Shown here in pieces: positions 25,332 through 34,901 of a DNA stretch of 34,903 bases. Numbering within the stretch: the stretch's first letter is position 1; each line of letters starts with the position of its first letter. Under the pieces are notes generated by a model. It had not been told where the DNA came from. It did not search any database and was given only the letters and a program-made list of their open reading frames with translations. The stretch comes from a virus. Its lineage: Duplodnaviria > Caudoviricetes. The DNA lies in IMG/VR virus record IMGVR_UViG_3300048823_000024, positions 1-34,903 of that record; one strand, given 5' to 3'. A program made the translations under genes and the position numbers.

Positions 25332-25733
25332 TTATTGCCCCTGCGGGAACCATGCTCTGAACTTCCACACTGCCGCCGCAAGCGCAGCACTACCAGAATA
25401 CGCATTGCCCTGCGTGTACTCTGTTCCATATGCGGTAGCGAAGCTCACTACCCCGTTGGCAATCGTTGTGCCGGGGCAAAAGACGGCGTTAAAGAATGAA
25501 GGCGCTGTTCCCGCAGGCGGCTGCTCGTAAATCTCCACCTTCAACGGAACCTTCTGCGAGAGCAGGCCAAAGATGTTGGCGAAGCTCAAGGTATCGCCGT
25601 GAGTTGCCGCGCCGCCATAGTTGCCGGAGAGCGTCAACGTTCCTTGATAAATCTGCTCACGCTCGGTTACGTCGGGAACTCCAAGGACATTCGCCCCGGT
25701 CCCGCCGCCGTCCAACGTCACTTTGACTGCCAT
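25332..25733 (-). CDS. Small virion structural protein
   Basis: AAGGAG RBS, beta-rich composition, within the head-tail module. Confidence 0.7.
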   Translation of the reverse strand: MAVKVTLDGGGTGANVLGVPDVTEREQIYQGTLTLSGNYGGAATHGDTLSFANIFGLLSQKVPLKVEIYEQPPAGTAPSFFNAVFCPGTTIANGVVSFATAYGTEYTQGNAYSGSAALAAAVWKFRAWFPQGQ

Positions 25734-25742
25734 AGTTCTCCT

Positions 25743-26552
25743 TTACCAGACCTGCATTCCGTATCCGTCGCCGCGCCTTCCGCAGAAAGGTTGGCGCTGA
25801 GTCGGAACGCGCTGTTTTTGTGAGACTTCGATGTTGTAAATCTGCCGAGCGGCTTGTTCCGCCTGAGCCTTGAATCCACCTGCCGGAGTGGTTCTTGCGC
25901 CATCAACCTCATCCGCTATGAAAAGTGAAAGGGCCGTTTTCGCCCGCATGATAGGGACCGGACGAGCAGACCAGAGAATCGATCCATCTGGGGAGGTTAC
26001 AAAATCCGGTAGATAGATCGCCAGTTCCATCCGCAAATCCATAGAGTAGACTGAACCGGGCATGTACAGCGTGTTGTTTTCCCAGAGCCAATGGCCGTTA
26101 TATACTCCCTTTTGCGTCTCACGCAAAGAGTCTTTGTCCATCCCCATAGGAGAAAACCTTGACTGGGAACCTGTAATCCTCTCTGCAACCTTGAGCGGAA
26201 GTATCACGTTTTGCGGAAGCACGGCCACATAAGGGGGCGCGTAGTTTGTGCCGCTTGCGTTGACGAATTGGCTCCAATTAAGGCTCGTCCATAGTGCCGG
26301 ATCAGTCGAGTCCACCACAGGATACCCAACCCCGATGAATGGCATTTTGAGCGCGGAGTATCCGAGCGTGGCCAGAAACACTTGCAACTCTCTCCAGCCA
26401 GCGTTCGTGTATTCCTGCATGAAGGGCTGCGCATCGGTGAGAATATCGCCCGCCAGTGAGCCGATAGTGTCCCCCATTTTTGAGCGCACCAGATTCAGCA
26501 CAGAATCAACGGTGTCAAACGGTGCGCTCGGCGCTGGAGGAGGAATCGGCAT
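25743..26552 (-). CDS. Putative head-to-tail adaptor
   Basis: TV..VLNLVRSKMGD...YTNAGWREL helical N-terminus and position upstream of the hub gene. Confidence 0.6.
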   Translation of the reverse strand: MPIPPPAPSAPFDTVDSVLNLVRSKMGDTIGSLAGDILTDAQPFMQEYTNAGWRELQVFLATLGYSALKMPFIGVGYPVVDSTDPALWTSLNWSQFVNASGTNYAPPYVAVLPQNVILPLKVAERITGSQSRFSPMGMDKDSLRETQKGVYNGHWLWENNTLYMPGSVYSMDLRMELAIYLPDFVTSPDGSILWSARPVPIMRAKTALSLFIADEVDGARTTPAGGFKAQAEQAARQIYNIEVSQKQRVPTQRQPFCGRRGDGYGMQVW

Positions 26553-27379
26553 TACTTCACCTTCGGCTTGGCTGCGATAGCCGCCTTCAACTGCTCATCC
26601 GCGGCTTGCAGTTCGAGGTAGAGTTCCATGTTCACCACATGGCCGGCCTCGCACGTCGCCACATCGGGATCGCAGAGGCGTCCACACATCTTGCACTTGG
26701 TACGCCCAACCGGGTTCGCATCAAGCATCCATGGGGAATCCTGCGGATTGTCACGGCCAAGAATCTTTGCGGCCAGGAAGTGAACTTCGGGGCGTACGGC
26801 GCGGGAAAATAGCTTTCGGTCTGTGGCGTAAATGTCTCCGGCCCACTTCACAATCTGGCGGCACTCTTCCTCAAGCGCCAGGTGCGCGTTCCGCAACTCT
26901 TCTCGCGTCGGCACTTCATTCTCCGAAACAAAAATGCCAAAGCGAACAAGGCTGCGATGCCGAGGCTTTCCAATGCCAATCATCCGGCTTGCGAAACCGA
27001 GTTTCCCGTCCTCATCGGCACCATTGTCGTAGAGTGCTGTCATCTCGTCTTCCGACTTGATGACAAATTCCTCCATGGTTTTCGAGATTGGAGATTCCCA
27101 CTGTCCCGTGACCGCGTTCATCACCAGCATCTCGACATATTCATCCCCGTTGGGACACGCGGGAATGGTGAAAGTGCCAGTTGACCCGGTATTCACAGTT
27201 TGCGCCCAGGGGCCGACATTGAAGATGTGGACTTTCTCTTTCTTCGACTCCTCAATGATCCGCAGTTTGATCGGGAGGATGCGCGATCTGCCGATGGACT
27301 GCTTTTGGCCGATTGCCCTGTCCGCCACGTCCGAACGAGGAACTTTCGGTAACGCCCTGTCGATGATGCTTGAAGGCAT
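26552..27379 (-). CDS. Hypothetical protein with C-terminal Zn ribbon
   Basis: AAGGAG RBS. KCKMCG......ATC..GH motif. Confidence 0.75.
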   Translation of the reverse strand: MPSSIIDRALPKVPRSDVADRAIGQKQSIGRSRILPIKLRIIEESKKEKVHIFNVGPWAQTVNTGSTGTFTIPACPNGDEYVEMLVMNAVTGQWESPISKTMEEFVIKSEDEMTALYDNGADEDGKLGFASRMIGIGKPRHRSLVRFGIFVSENEVPTREELRNAHLALEEECRQIVKWAGDIYATDRKLFSRAVRPEVHFLAAKILGRDNPQDSPWMLDANPVGRTKCKMCGRLCDPDVATCEAGHVVNMELYLELQAADEQLKAAIAAKPKVK

Positions 27380-27389
27380 ATTCTCTCCT

Positions 27390-28085
27390 TTAGAAACCGG
27401 CTACCTGAAGTTGCCCAGAGGTAGGTTTGATTGTTCTTGCGCCGCGCACGGGCAATCCCAGGCCCCGAGCATCTTTAAGCTCAGGGAAGGATTTTTGCGC
27501 CTTGACTCGTCCGCCGATGTTCGCAGCCCGGATACCTGATACCCGCTGACTGTCGTGCATCTTGTCGAAGTTCTGCTGAAATTTGTCCTGCTTCGCTTTT
27601 TCCGTAGCTTGCTGGATTGCCGCCTTATTCGCAGCCTGAGAGTTGGACTTTGCCTTATTGACGAGCGCCGCTACAATTCCCGCAGCACCAATCTGCTCCG
27701 GCTTGTTGAATGTCCACACCCACTGCCAATCACCGTTGGACGGGTAAGGCCCAGTGAGGCATAGATGCGTCTTGGGGTCTTCCCATGCAGCGCGATATTC
27801 AGGTTCGGTCTGCTTGGTGAACTCCTGAGCCGAAACCCACTTTTCCATGATCCATTTGTCGCCGATGTATTCATAACGAGGGCAAGAACGATAGCCGGTG
27901 AATTCAACAGCGCCCGTATCCGGGTCTGTAAATTCACCGCCTACCAGCCCGCGCACGGTCGGCGCAAAGACGATTCGGAAAAGAGGCTCATCCCTGCCGG
28001 GGATTTTCCCGTACTGCCCCATAGACATCGTAGGGTAGTGAGTAGGCTTGGGAATCTCCCCGCAGAGTTGGATGCTTTCAGTCAC
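27390..28085 (-). CDS. Hypothetical protein downstream of the capsid gene
   Basis: GGGAG RBS before GTG, and the ORF fills the gap. Confidence 0.75.
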   Translation of the reverse strand: MTESIQLCGEIPKPTHYPTMSMGQYGKIPGRDEPLFRIVFAPTVRGLVGGEFTDPDTGAVEFTGYRSCPRYEYIGDKWIMEKWVSAQEFTKQTEPEYRAAWEDPKTHLCLTGPYPSNGDWQWVWTFNKPEQIGAAGIVAALVNKAKSNSQAANKAAIQQATEKAKQDKFQQNFDKMHDSQRVSGIRAANIGGRVKAQKSFPELKDARGLGLPVRGARTIKPTSGQLQVAGF

Positions 28086-28094
28086 AAGTTCTCC

Positions 28095-29366
28095 CTACTG
28101 CCCATAGAGTCCGTGCTCGATGGCAATTCCATTCAAGAAGGCGTTCATTCTCGTTTGCACCCAAACGAGGTTAAGCTCAGCCACCATATAAAAGACCAGC
28201 CCGGAAGCCTGACCGCCCGACTGCCCAATGAGGCCGAAGAGCGTCTGACCGCCCACGTCGTAGAAGTCGATGGACTTGGTTTCGACCATGGAAGCGTTCT
28301 TGAGCGCCAGGAAGTCGATGTACCCCGGAACAGCGCGTTCGTTGATGAGCCAGCGGCGGCCTGCGATGGTTGTCGAGGCTTCCCGCTTGAGCATATCCTC
28401 GGACTCGGAACCCTTCATCTCAGCCATGTTGATGTGCTGGACGAGAAGAGCGTTCATCTCCCAGGCGTTCTGCTCATTGACGGTTGCATGGGCCACAAGC
28501 TCATCAGCATCCGCTTTCTTCTTGCCCATTGCCAGTTGAATCTGAGAATGGATGGCGCGGACGATCTGAGGGGTCAAGGCACCGTTGACGGGAATGTTCT
28601 GAGCAATGTACTTGCCAGACCATGCCGCACGCTGTACGGTCAGCCAGTTGCCGGTATCCGTGGCCACCTGATAGTAGCGTAGGCCGTTCAAGCCGGTGTT
28701 GGCCTGCCCGGAAGCTCCACTGACCATGAGCTTCATGCCGACAGTGATAGTTCCGGTCGGAACTGGATTCAGCAACAGGATTTGGTTCAGGGAAATATCG
28801 GAATCCTGCACTGTGATGGTTGCCACAAACGCACCGCCGACTGCTGTCCAAACGTCAATATCCTCATCGTCAAGGAACAGATTGGCGGAATTGACGCCAA
28901 GGGCGGTGATGTTGCCGCCAGAGGTCGCGATGCTGGTAACGGTGTCAATGGTGTTGGAAGCATCGCCCTGGAGGACGGTTTCGAGGAAGTCGGCAAACCG
29001 CTCCGGCGCAAGAGTGCGCGTGAGGGTAGCGAAGTTCTCGATTGCTTTTTCGTCGGTGTCGGTCGCGTATTCCGCCTGTTTGGTATAGCTGAAGGCGTGA
29101 ATGTAGCAAACCGGGGTGATCTGGCCGGGAACCTGAGTAGGCCCGGAGCCAATGCCCATGTCAACGCCGTTCATGTTGCCGACACGGGGCTTGCCGCCAA
29201 GAGACGGCATGGTGGGAATCCTCGAAGGCCGGTCACTAACCGCCTTGATTTTGGATTTCTGGATTTCCTTCAACAGAACGGATTGCGAGAGAACGTAATT
29301 CTCAAGTTCCGGCCTGACGTATTCCTGCTCAGAAGCAAGTGCTTGTGCCGCATCTGCGATAGCCAT
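28095..29366 (-). CDS. Major capsid protein
   Basis: 423 aa, follows portal and scaffold, GAGGT RBS. LQGD.S...G.NGL.YY patterns fit HK97-fold coat proteins with an insertion domain. Confidence 0.8.
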   Translation of the reverse strand: MAIADAAQALASEQEYVRPELENYVLSQSVLLKEIQKSKIKAVSDRPSRIPTMPSLGGKPRVGNMNGVDMGIGSGPTQVPGQITPVCYIHAFSYTKQAEYATDTDEKAIENFATLTRTLAPERFADFLETVLQGDASNTIDTVTSIATSGGNITALGVNSANLFLDDEDIDVWTAVGGAFVATITVQDSDISLNQILLLNPVPTGTITVGMKLMVSGASGQANTGLNGLRYYQVATDTGNWLTVQRAAWSGKYIAQNIPVNGALTPQIVRAIHSQIQLAMGKKKADADELVAHATVNEQNAWEMNALLVQHINMAEMKGSESEDMLKREASTTIAGRRWLINERAVPGYIDFLALKNASMVETKSIDFYDVGGQTLFGLIGQSGGQASGLVFYMVAELNLVWVQTRMNAFLNGIAIEHGLYGQ

Positions 29367-29540
29367 GAAAATAACCTCTGTTTGAGATCATCCCCACGCT
29401 CTCTTCGCTTCCCGTATGGGAGAGCCAGCACGAGTGCCGCTGTAGCTTTCGCGTGTCCCGATGTACTACGCCCAATCTTCCAATATCGGTTTATGGCTTC
29501 CCGCTGCCTTCTTCGGACTGGGGTACTTCATCTACCAAAA

Positions 29541-29549
29541 AGCATATCA
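29541..29549 (-). promoter_or_regulatory. Possible extended -10 promoter upstream of the capsid leader
   Basis: TGaTATGCT just after the scaffold stop. No recognisable -35. Confidence 0.35.
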
Positions 29550-29555
29550 CACGTA

Positions 29556-30857
29556 CTACTTCCTCTTCCACTTCACCGGCTTTGCACGTCCTACGATGTA
29601 GGCGGTGTTATCGGCTTGGATGCCCCCGCGGCGGAAGTCCACTTTCAGGCCAAGGCGGGTAGGAGAATCTGAAATCCACTCATACTTGTTATTATCCGTC
29701 TGCTGCTGGGCCTGTACGCCGGGTTTCTGCGCTTGCTGGCCTGTCGCCGAAGCCTTCTTGCCCTGCCCAGACTTGCGCTTCGCCAGAACGTCGTCTACGG
29801 CCCTACGAACGGCACCGGGAATGATCTTCTTATGCTCGGATTCTACCGTCATGCTGTACGAAGTCTTGTTTTTGGCCTTGAGTAAGCTCTTAATCTTTCC
29901 CTGATAGGCTGTGTTTGCGGTCACACGCGCATTTATCTCGGTTCGCACAGCGTTGCGGATAGAGTTCACCTCTACCGGCGTGAATTTCACGCTCGGGGCA
30001 ATCTTTTTAACCTCGTTCACGGTAAAAGACTCCGAACGGGGGCGGATCTCGCGCAACCACTCGTCATGCAGGACGTTCATCTCTCGCTGCTCAAGATTAT
30101 TGCCCTCTGTTCCGGTTTTCGCGCCCGGTTGCTGGCCCTGAATGGCTTTTGGCGCTATCGGATTCTTGGCGGTCGTATTGATCTGCTCCACAACGCCCTT
30201 GATTGCCTTAAACGCCTCAATTACCGTTTGCAAGTTGGGCTCTTCGGAAGTTTGCGGCAAAACACGCTCCAAAAGAGCCAGTTGTAGTGGGATACCCGCG
30301 TTACCCAGGTAGCCGGACACGGATTTACAGATGTACGCCGAGAATCCCTCTGGGTTAACGTCTGCAAAGCGGTCCATCGCCGCAGGAATCAGCTTTTGGA
30401 AGCTCTCTGGATTGGCTTCGACCATCTGATTGATAAGTTTGGGGTCGCCGGATTGGAAAGCGCGGTCATAATCGCGCCAAAAGCCACGCTCGGCCAGCGT
30501 GTTTGAGATAACTTGCTCAATCGGAGTAGAGCCAGCCACGTACTCAGCGTCTTCGGGGTTATCGTCAAGCTGCTCAATCAGCTTTAGCCGCTCAACGGTT
30601 TTTGCAACGCCGTCAGGAAGCAGTTTTCTGGATTCCTCCCAGTGATGCAGCGCCTTTTTGACCTCGCGGTGCAAATCTGGAGAATCTTTCAGCTTGTCCT
30701 TGAGTTGCTTCCAGGTACTCGCAGCCGACGCTGGTTCACCATCAATCGACTCCGCCTGTTCCGCGCCTTCGACTTCCGATTCGACTCCCTGCTCAACTTC
30801 TTCCGCGCCCTCGGATTCGAGTTCCGCGCCTATATCAAGTACCGCTTCATCTGCCAT
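29556..30857 (-). CDS. Putative capsid scaffolding protein
   Basis: Very acidic N-terminus, helical body, basic C-terminus, between portal and capsid. AAGGAG RBS. Confidence 0.7.
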   Translation of the reverse strand: MADEAVLDIGAELESEGAEEVEQGVESEVEGAEQAESIDGEPASAASTWKQLKDKLKDSPDLHREVKKALHHWEESRKLLPDGVAKTVERLKLIEQLDDNPEDAEYVAGSTPIEQVISNTLAERGFWRDYDRAFQSGDPKLINQMVEANPESFQKLIPAAMDRFADVNPEGFSAYICKSVSGYLGNAGIPLQLALLERVLPQTSEEPNLQTVIEAFKAIKGVVEQINTTAKNPIAPKAIQGQQPGAKTGTEGNNLEQREMNVLHDEWLREIRPRSESFTVNEVKKIAPSVKFTPVEVNSIRNAVRTEINARVTANTAYQGKIKSLLKAKNKTSYSMTVESEHKKIIPGAVRRAVDDVLAKRKSGQGKKASATGQQAQKPGVQAQQQTDNNKYEWISDSPTRLGLKVDFRRGGIQADNTAYIVGRAKPVKWKRK

Positions 30858-30869
30858 TTTTCTCTCCTT

Positions 30870-33260
30870 TTAGACTGTTGCCGTTCCTCGCGTTCCTGGG
30901 GCTGCCGCGTTCTTCTGCACTGAACTCTGCGCCTCTGGTGCCGCTTCCTTGATTCCCGCCTGTGCGTTCATTTGAATCTTATCTTGCGGTGGCTCGTCCT
31001 TGAAGTTTATCGACTCGCTCGGCGGCTTCATCTGCTGTTGAGCCTGGGCCGCTGCCTGGGCCTGAGCCGCCATCATCTGATCGTGGACCGCTTTGTGCAT
31101 CCTCACATTTTGGATACCGAGTGCGGCCCGTTTCAAGGCTTCTTCGGGTGCTTCCCCATCTTCCGGCTGAGCTACATTCATCCTCAACCAGCAATCCTCG
31201 CTCGATAGGTATTCTTGGCACTTTGCTGACTCCCACTTGTGATAATCGTCTTGCTCTGGCATTATTGACGGCTGCGGCTGTGGAGGAGTATACGGCGGGG
31301 CTGGTAGACCTTGCTGCTCGGCCTGTAATGCCTGCTCCGCGTGTTGAACCGCATATTGAGCAATTTCCTCTGGTGCTGGAATGTTTGGCGGTTCCTGCAA
31401 AAGCAGTTCAAGTTCTCTCGCCTGTTTCTTGTATGCGATTGCCGGGATGAACACCAAGTCTTGATTGCCATTGAGTTCGATGAACTCCTCCCAGTTGTCC
31501 GGTGACTCAAAAAGAGCTTGCCCAACCGGAGAAGCGGAGGCCATCTTCACAAGGTCGGTAAGATTCGCCCGCTTCGCCGCAGTGGTCTCCGGAAAAGATG
31601 AATCGGAAACATGGGCATGGAACTTGCCCTTTTTTAGTCGTTCCATCTTTACGGTGATCTTCGCCCCATCCTTACCAACGACTGCTATCTCTGTTCCATG
31701 GTCAGGATTCTTAGATGCCAGCCGCGCCGCCTTCTCTGCAATCCCCGCAAAGAGTATCTGCTCGTAAGCCCATGAAGGGCCAAGCATACCCATTGCCTGA
31801 GAGCGGTCCATCGCCTGCTGACTTGCCGTTGTCTCCTTATTGCTGGTTCCTTGGAGTACCGGCATAGCCCCAGTAATGTCTTGTGAAACTGCGCCGCGCA
31901 ACTCCTCAATCGCTTGGTCGAAACCTTCTGGGGGGGCCGTTGGGTCTTCACGATGAACAATACTTTTAGCTATTTCTTGTTCTGGCGGTCCTTCTTTCAG
32001 AAGCACATAATCATTTGGACGGCTCCGCTGATTTGAGATAGCCTGATAATCTTCGTCGCTGCCCCGGAAATACGTTACACTCCAGCCGGTTTCGTAATTC
32101 TCCCTCTTGGCATTCATGTAGTCGTTATAGGCGTCTTGGACAACCTTCATCGGCTCCATCAGCGCCCCGCCGGTCATGCCATCGCGCTCCATCGGGAACA
32201 CAATATCAATCGCATCGTCAGGGCACTCGTTCCAGCTTTCCGAGTATGACTTGCCTACATATTTAACGTGGCACCCATCGGGGAACAGTTGCAGGAACTT
32301 GTCGCGGTAAGTGAACTCTTTGTCATCATCTCGCACGTCTTTTTCATCAGCGCCAGGGTAAGCAGGGTCGAACATCTTGTCTTGGAATACTTCAGGGCGA
32401 AGGAAACCATTCAACTCGGTCGTTAGGTAACTCAGCGCCAGACCTGTAAGAAAAAATCCCTTTTTGGCTTGCTTGACTCCAATTCGCGCAAAACGATTCC
32501 AGTCCGATTCGCCAATGGACGGCTCCCCAGCGGTAATCTTCGAGCGAATCCAATCGTTCTGAGCTTTGAGGGTAAGAACGTTCTTGTCGTCAAACAGGAA
32601 GCAGTACGGCGCGTCAGCCCAGCACTTGCAGACGATAGGAACCTTGGACTCCATCGTTCCGTAAATGTCCGCCGTCTCCATTGAGCGCGGCTCATCCTCA
32701 TCATTCAAGCCAAAACGCGCTTTGGATTTCAGCGTGTGCGTCCATGCGATTGTCCGGCCCGACATTCCCATCATGTAAGAGACGCGCTTCTGGATTCTCT
32801 TTATCGCTCCACCTTTTTCCGACTGGTCGAATATCTCCCAGAACCCTTCTGCCGTTTCAGACGCCTCGATGGACTCGGAATCCTGCTTATCCGCCGCGAA
32901 CCCGATGCCGGGAGGATTCTGCGTCAGCACCGCATCGAGCGAACGCCAGCGAGAACGGAAGATGTTATACGCGCCCATGAACATTGGGCATTGAACATTC
33001 TGGCCATTCCCAATATCGACATATCCGCCAGCCGTACCAACTTGGTAAACACCTGTTGACCAGTTGGGGTAAACGTGCTGGATTCCGTCATAGTAGAAGC
33101 GCAAGATGCGGTCGAGCAGCACCTCGATGCGCCGGTCGTACATTTCCTGATCTTGGAGTTTCTTTACAATGCCTTCTAGCTTGTCAGTCAAGTCTTGAGG
33201 CATATCCCGGTTATTCTCCCCGTAGGTGGGAGGATCATCGGACTGCGGAACTGAGTCCAT
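30870..33260 (-). CDS. Portal protein (P22-like); start may be ATC at 33311
   Basis: About 800 aa. R.YYDG.Q, YNIFR, LMEPMK.VQD.YN, ITG...VLQG...ETTAS, and a Q/P-rich barrel-like C-terminus. Confidence 0.85.
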   Translation of the reverse strand: MDSVPQSDDPPTYGENNRDMPQDLTDKLEGIVKKLQDQEMYDRRIEVLLDRILRFYYDGIQHVYPNWSTGVYQVGTAGGYVDIGNGQNVQCPMFMGAYNIFRSRWRSLDAVLTQNPPGIGFAADKQDSESIEASETAEGFWEIFDQSEKGGAIKRIQKRVSYMMGMSGRTIAWTHTLKSKARFGLNDEDEPRSMETADIYGTMESKVPIVCKCWADAPYCFLFDDKNVLTLKAQNDWIRSKITAGEPSIGESDWNRFARIGVKQAKKGFFLTGLALSYLTTELNGFLRPEVFQDKMFDPAYPGADEKDVRDDDKEFTYRDKFLQLFPDGCHVKYVGKSYSESWNECPDDAIDIVFPMERDGMTGGALMEPMKVVQDAYNDYMNAKRENYETGWSVTYFRGSDEDYQAISNQRSRPNDYVLLKEGPPEQEIAKSIVHREDPTAPPEGFDQAIEELRGAVSQDITGAMPVLQGTSNKETTASQQAMDRSQAMGMLGPSWAYEQILFAGIAEKAARLASKNPDHGTEIAVVGKDGAKITVKMERLKKGKFHAHVSDSSFPETTAAKRANLTDLVKMASASPVGQALFESPDNWEEFIELNGNQDLVFIPAIAYKKQARELELLLQEPPNIPAPEEIAQYAVQHAEQALQAEQQGLPAPPYTPPQPQPSIMPEQDDYHKWESAKCQEYLSSEDCWLRMNVAQPEDGEAPEEALKRAALGIQNVRMHKAVHDQMMAAQAQAAAQAQQQMKPPSESINFKDEPPQDKIQMNAQAGIKEAAPEAQSSVQKNAAAPGTRGTATV

Positions 33261-33300
33261 GCCGGTTTCGTCCGCTTCAAGTCCATCCGGGCGTAGGGCG

Positions 33301-33582
33301 CTAGTTGCGATTTGCGGCCTCCATTGCCAAGTTCACTACATCCTCACGCGCTAGAATCGCCGCTATTGCTCTTGCAACCACGTCACAGCATGGTTTCCCG
33401 TCGGTAATGGTGCTCAGGCAGTACGGGCATTGAATCAGGCAGTCCTTGGGAGACAATCGCGCCTCGCGCATCTGCTTCCACACGTAATCGAGCTTCTGCT
33501 GCCCGGTCATGCACTGGCAACACGGCCCTTGCGTGAGAGGGTTCCACATATGCCGAACACAGTATGCTCCGTTGTGGTTCAT
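33301..33582 (-). CDS. Small Cys-rich hypothetical protein
   Basis: CVRH..CCQC and CPYC..CC motifs. Coupled to the upstream stop. Confidence 0.65.
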   Translation of the reverse strand: MNHNGAYCVRHMWNPLTQGPCCQCMTGQQKLDYVWKQMREARLSPKDCLIQCPYCLSTITDGKPCCDVVARAIAAILAREDVVNLAMEAANRN

Positions 33583-33806
33583 CTAACAACCTCAGCAATT
33601 CCAGTTAGCGCCCCGCGAAATACCTCTGTGAACATATTCACCCAAGGATCGCCCGGAAGTTCTGTAACAAATTTGTAGCCTCTTCGAGATACCGCAGAGT
33701 CGCTAAGACAATCATGACGATGATTGGGAGATGTGAATCCACATAAATAACAGATACCAGCCGATTCGCATCGTTTTACATGTTCTAGCGCCTGTTCATA
33801 TGTCAT
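33579..33806 (-). CDS. Small Zn-finger hypothetical protein (75 aa, MTYEQALEH...)
   Basis: ATG 33806 overlaps TGA 33803 (ATGA). CYLCG.....H..DC motif. Confidence 0.65.
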   Translation of the reverse strand: MTYEQALEHVKRCESAGICYLCGFTSPNHRHDCLSDSAVSRRGYKFVTELPGDPWVNMFTEVFRGALTGIAEVVR

Positions 33807-34007
33807 CGCTGATACAACTTTCCACGCGCCTTGGACTTGATGCGCTCGGCTTCTGATTCGCTGATGTTGCCAGCGCGTTCCGACCGCGTAGCGCCGCTGA
33901 TTGCTAGTCGAGCATGAAGTGGCATCGTTGACTGGGAAGCTGCGCCCAGGGCCGGCAAAGGAACTCTTTGGCATCCGCTTACGATCAGCTTCATAGAGCT
34001 TTGCCAT
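33803..34007 (-). pseudogene. Small basic protein resembling DUF6582, interrupted by a one-base frameshift
   Basis: MAKLYEADRKRMPKSSFAGPGRSFPVNDAT continues in the +1 frame as HARLAISGATRS...KLYQR. Removing one base at 33917-33918 restores a 67-aa gene. Confidence 0.7.
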
Positions 34008-34173
34008 ACAATTTCCCCTTCCGCTCAGGCTTACCCTTCTCGGAGCCGGTTGCAAATTCGTGAAGCTGGTTTTTAGAGAGCTTGAGCAGCCCCCGGTTCC
34101 TCGAATAGAGTTTGCCGGGGGCGTGCTCCGCGATTTGCATGGCGGTCTGTTGCGCCTTCGATACGGACGGCAT
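33991..34173 (-). CDS. DUF3008-like small basic protein
   Basis: MPSVSKAQQ.AM..A......LS..QL.EFA....KGKPER pattern. GGTGGTGAG RBS region. Confidence 0.75.
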   Translation of the reverse strand: MPSVSKAQQTAMQIAEHAPGKLYSRNRGLLKLSKNQLHEFATGSEKGKPERKGKLYGKAL

Positions 34174-34184
34174 CGCTCACCACC

Positions 34185-34901
34185 TTATTGCACCGAAACA
34201 GAATACTCCAGGATCACCTTCAAGGTTCCTGTTCCTGTAGTGAAGGCTCCGGTTGCATTGGTGATGTAGATGGGCTGATTGAGCACGTTGGCCGCAGTAA
34301 GGACCGCGTTCAATACGCCGCTTTCATTAATCTCCTGCATAGTGGTTCCCGACGTAAGGAAAGCCGCAGCAACTGTCGATGCAAGAGCATTTGTGGCTGC
34401 CGTTGTACCATACCCGACAGTCAGAACGCCTCCACTCGCATAGGCTGTGCCGGTATTCTCGTCAACGAGAGTCGCCTTCAGCACGTCATAAAACAGGCCG
34501 GTGCCGGGAGCGGGAAGCAATAGAACCGGCGTTGCATTCAGAGCGAGAACCTGGGCATTGGTCAGAGTCACGACCTGCCGCTGGACGCCCATGCTCGTAA
34601 AGTATTGAGTCGCCTCAAATACTCCACCATCCGATGCCCTCACCACGTCTCCAGCGCCATGCGCATAAGTGAAAGTCGCCGTCAATACGCATTGCTGGTA
34701 ACTGTTCGCCTGGCCGGTTGTGCATGATGCCGAACTCGGAGTGACAACCTCGTAGGTCGCGCCGGAGCCGATTGCGAACGGAGGATAGGTGGTCCCTGAA
34801 AATGGGTAAAGAGGATACGCGCCCACGCCGGTAGAGGTTTTTCCGTAATCCAGCGTGATTGAGTAGCTTCCCGAAGTTCCGCCGCCAGCACCAACAATAA
34901 G
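34185..34901 (-). CDS. Putative virion decoration/structural protein, partial (starts beyond the right edge)
   Basis: Frame is open from the window edge (LIVGAGGGTSGSYSITLDYGK...). C-terminal LT.AQ.LALNATPV.LLPAPG...GTGTLKV.LEY is a jelly-roll-like domain. Confidence 0.7.
   Translation of the reverse strand, partial: LIVGAGGGTSGSYSITLDYGKTSTGVGAYPLYPFSGTTYPPFAIGSGATYEVVTPSSASCTTGQANSYQQCVLTATFTYAHGAGDVVRASDGGVFEATQYFTSMGVQRQVVTLTNAQVLALNATPVLLLPAPGTGLFYDVLKATLVDENTGTAYASGGVLTVGYGTTAATNALASTVAAAFLTSGTTMQEINESGVLNAVLTAANVLNQPIYITNATGAFTTGTGTLKVILEYSVSVQ

Noticed and set aside
27765-29672. Long plus-strand ORFs (305 aa and 296 aa) opposite the capsid gene
   Set aside because: Antisense shadows expected from codon bias in a GC-rich, highly expressed gene.
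33579-34055. 158-aa ORF as a single genuine gene
   Set aside because: Better explained as two genes joined by the one-base frameshift, plus an upstream overlap with the DUF3008-like gene.
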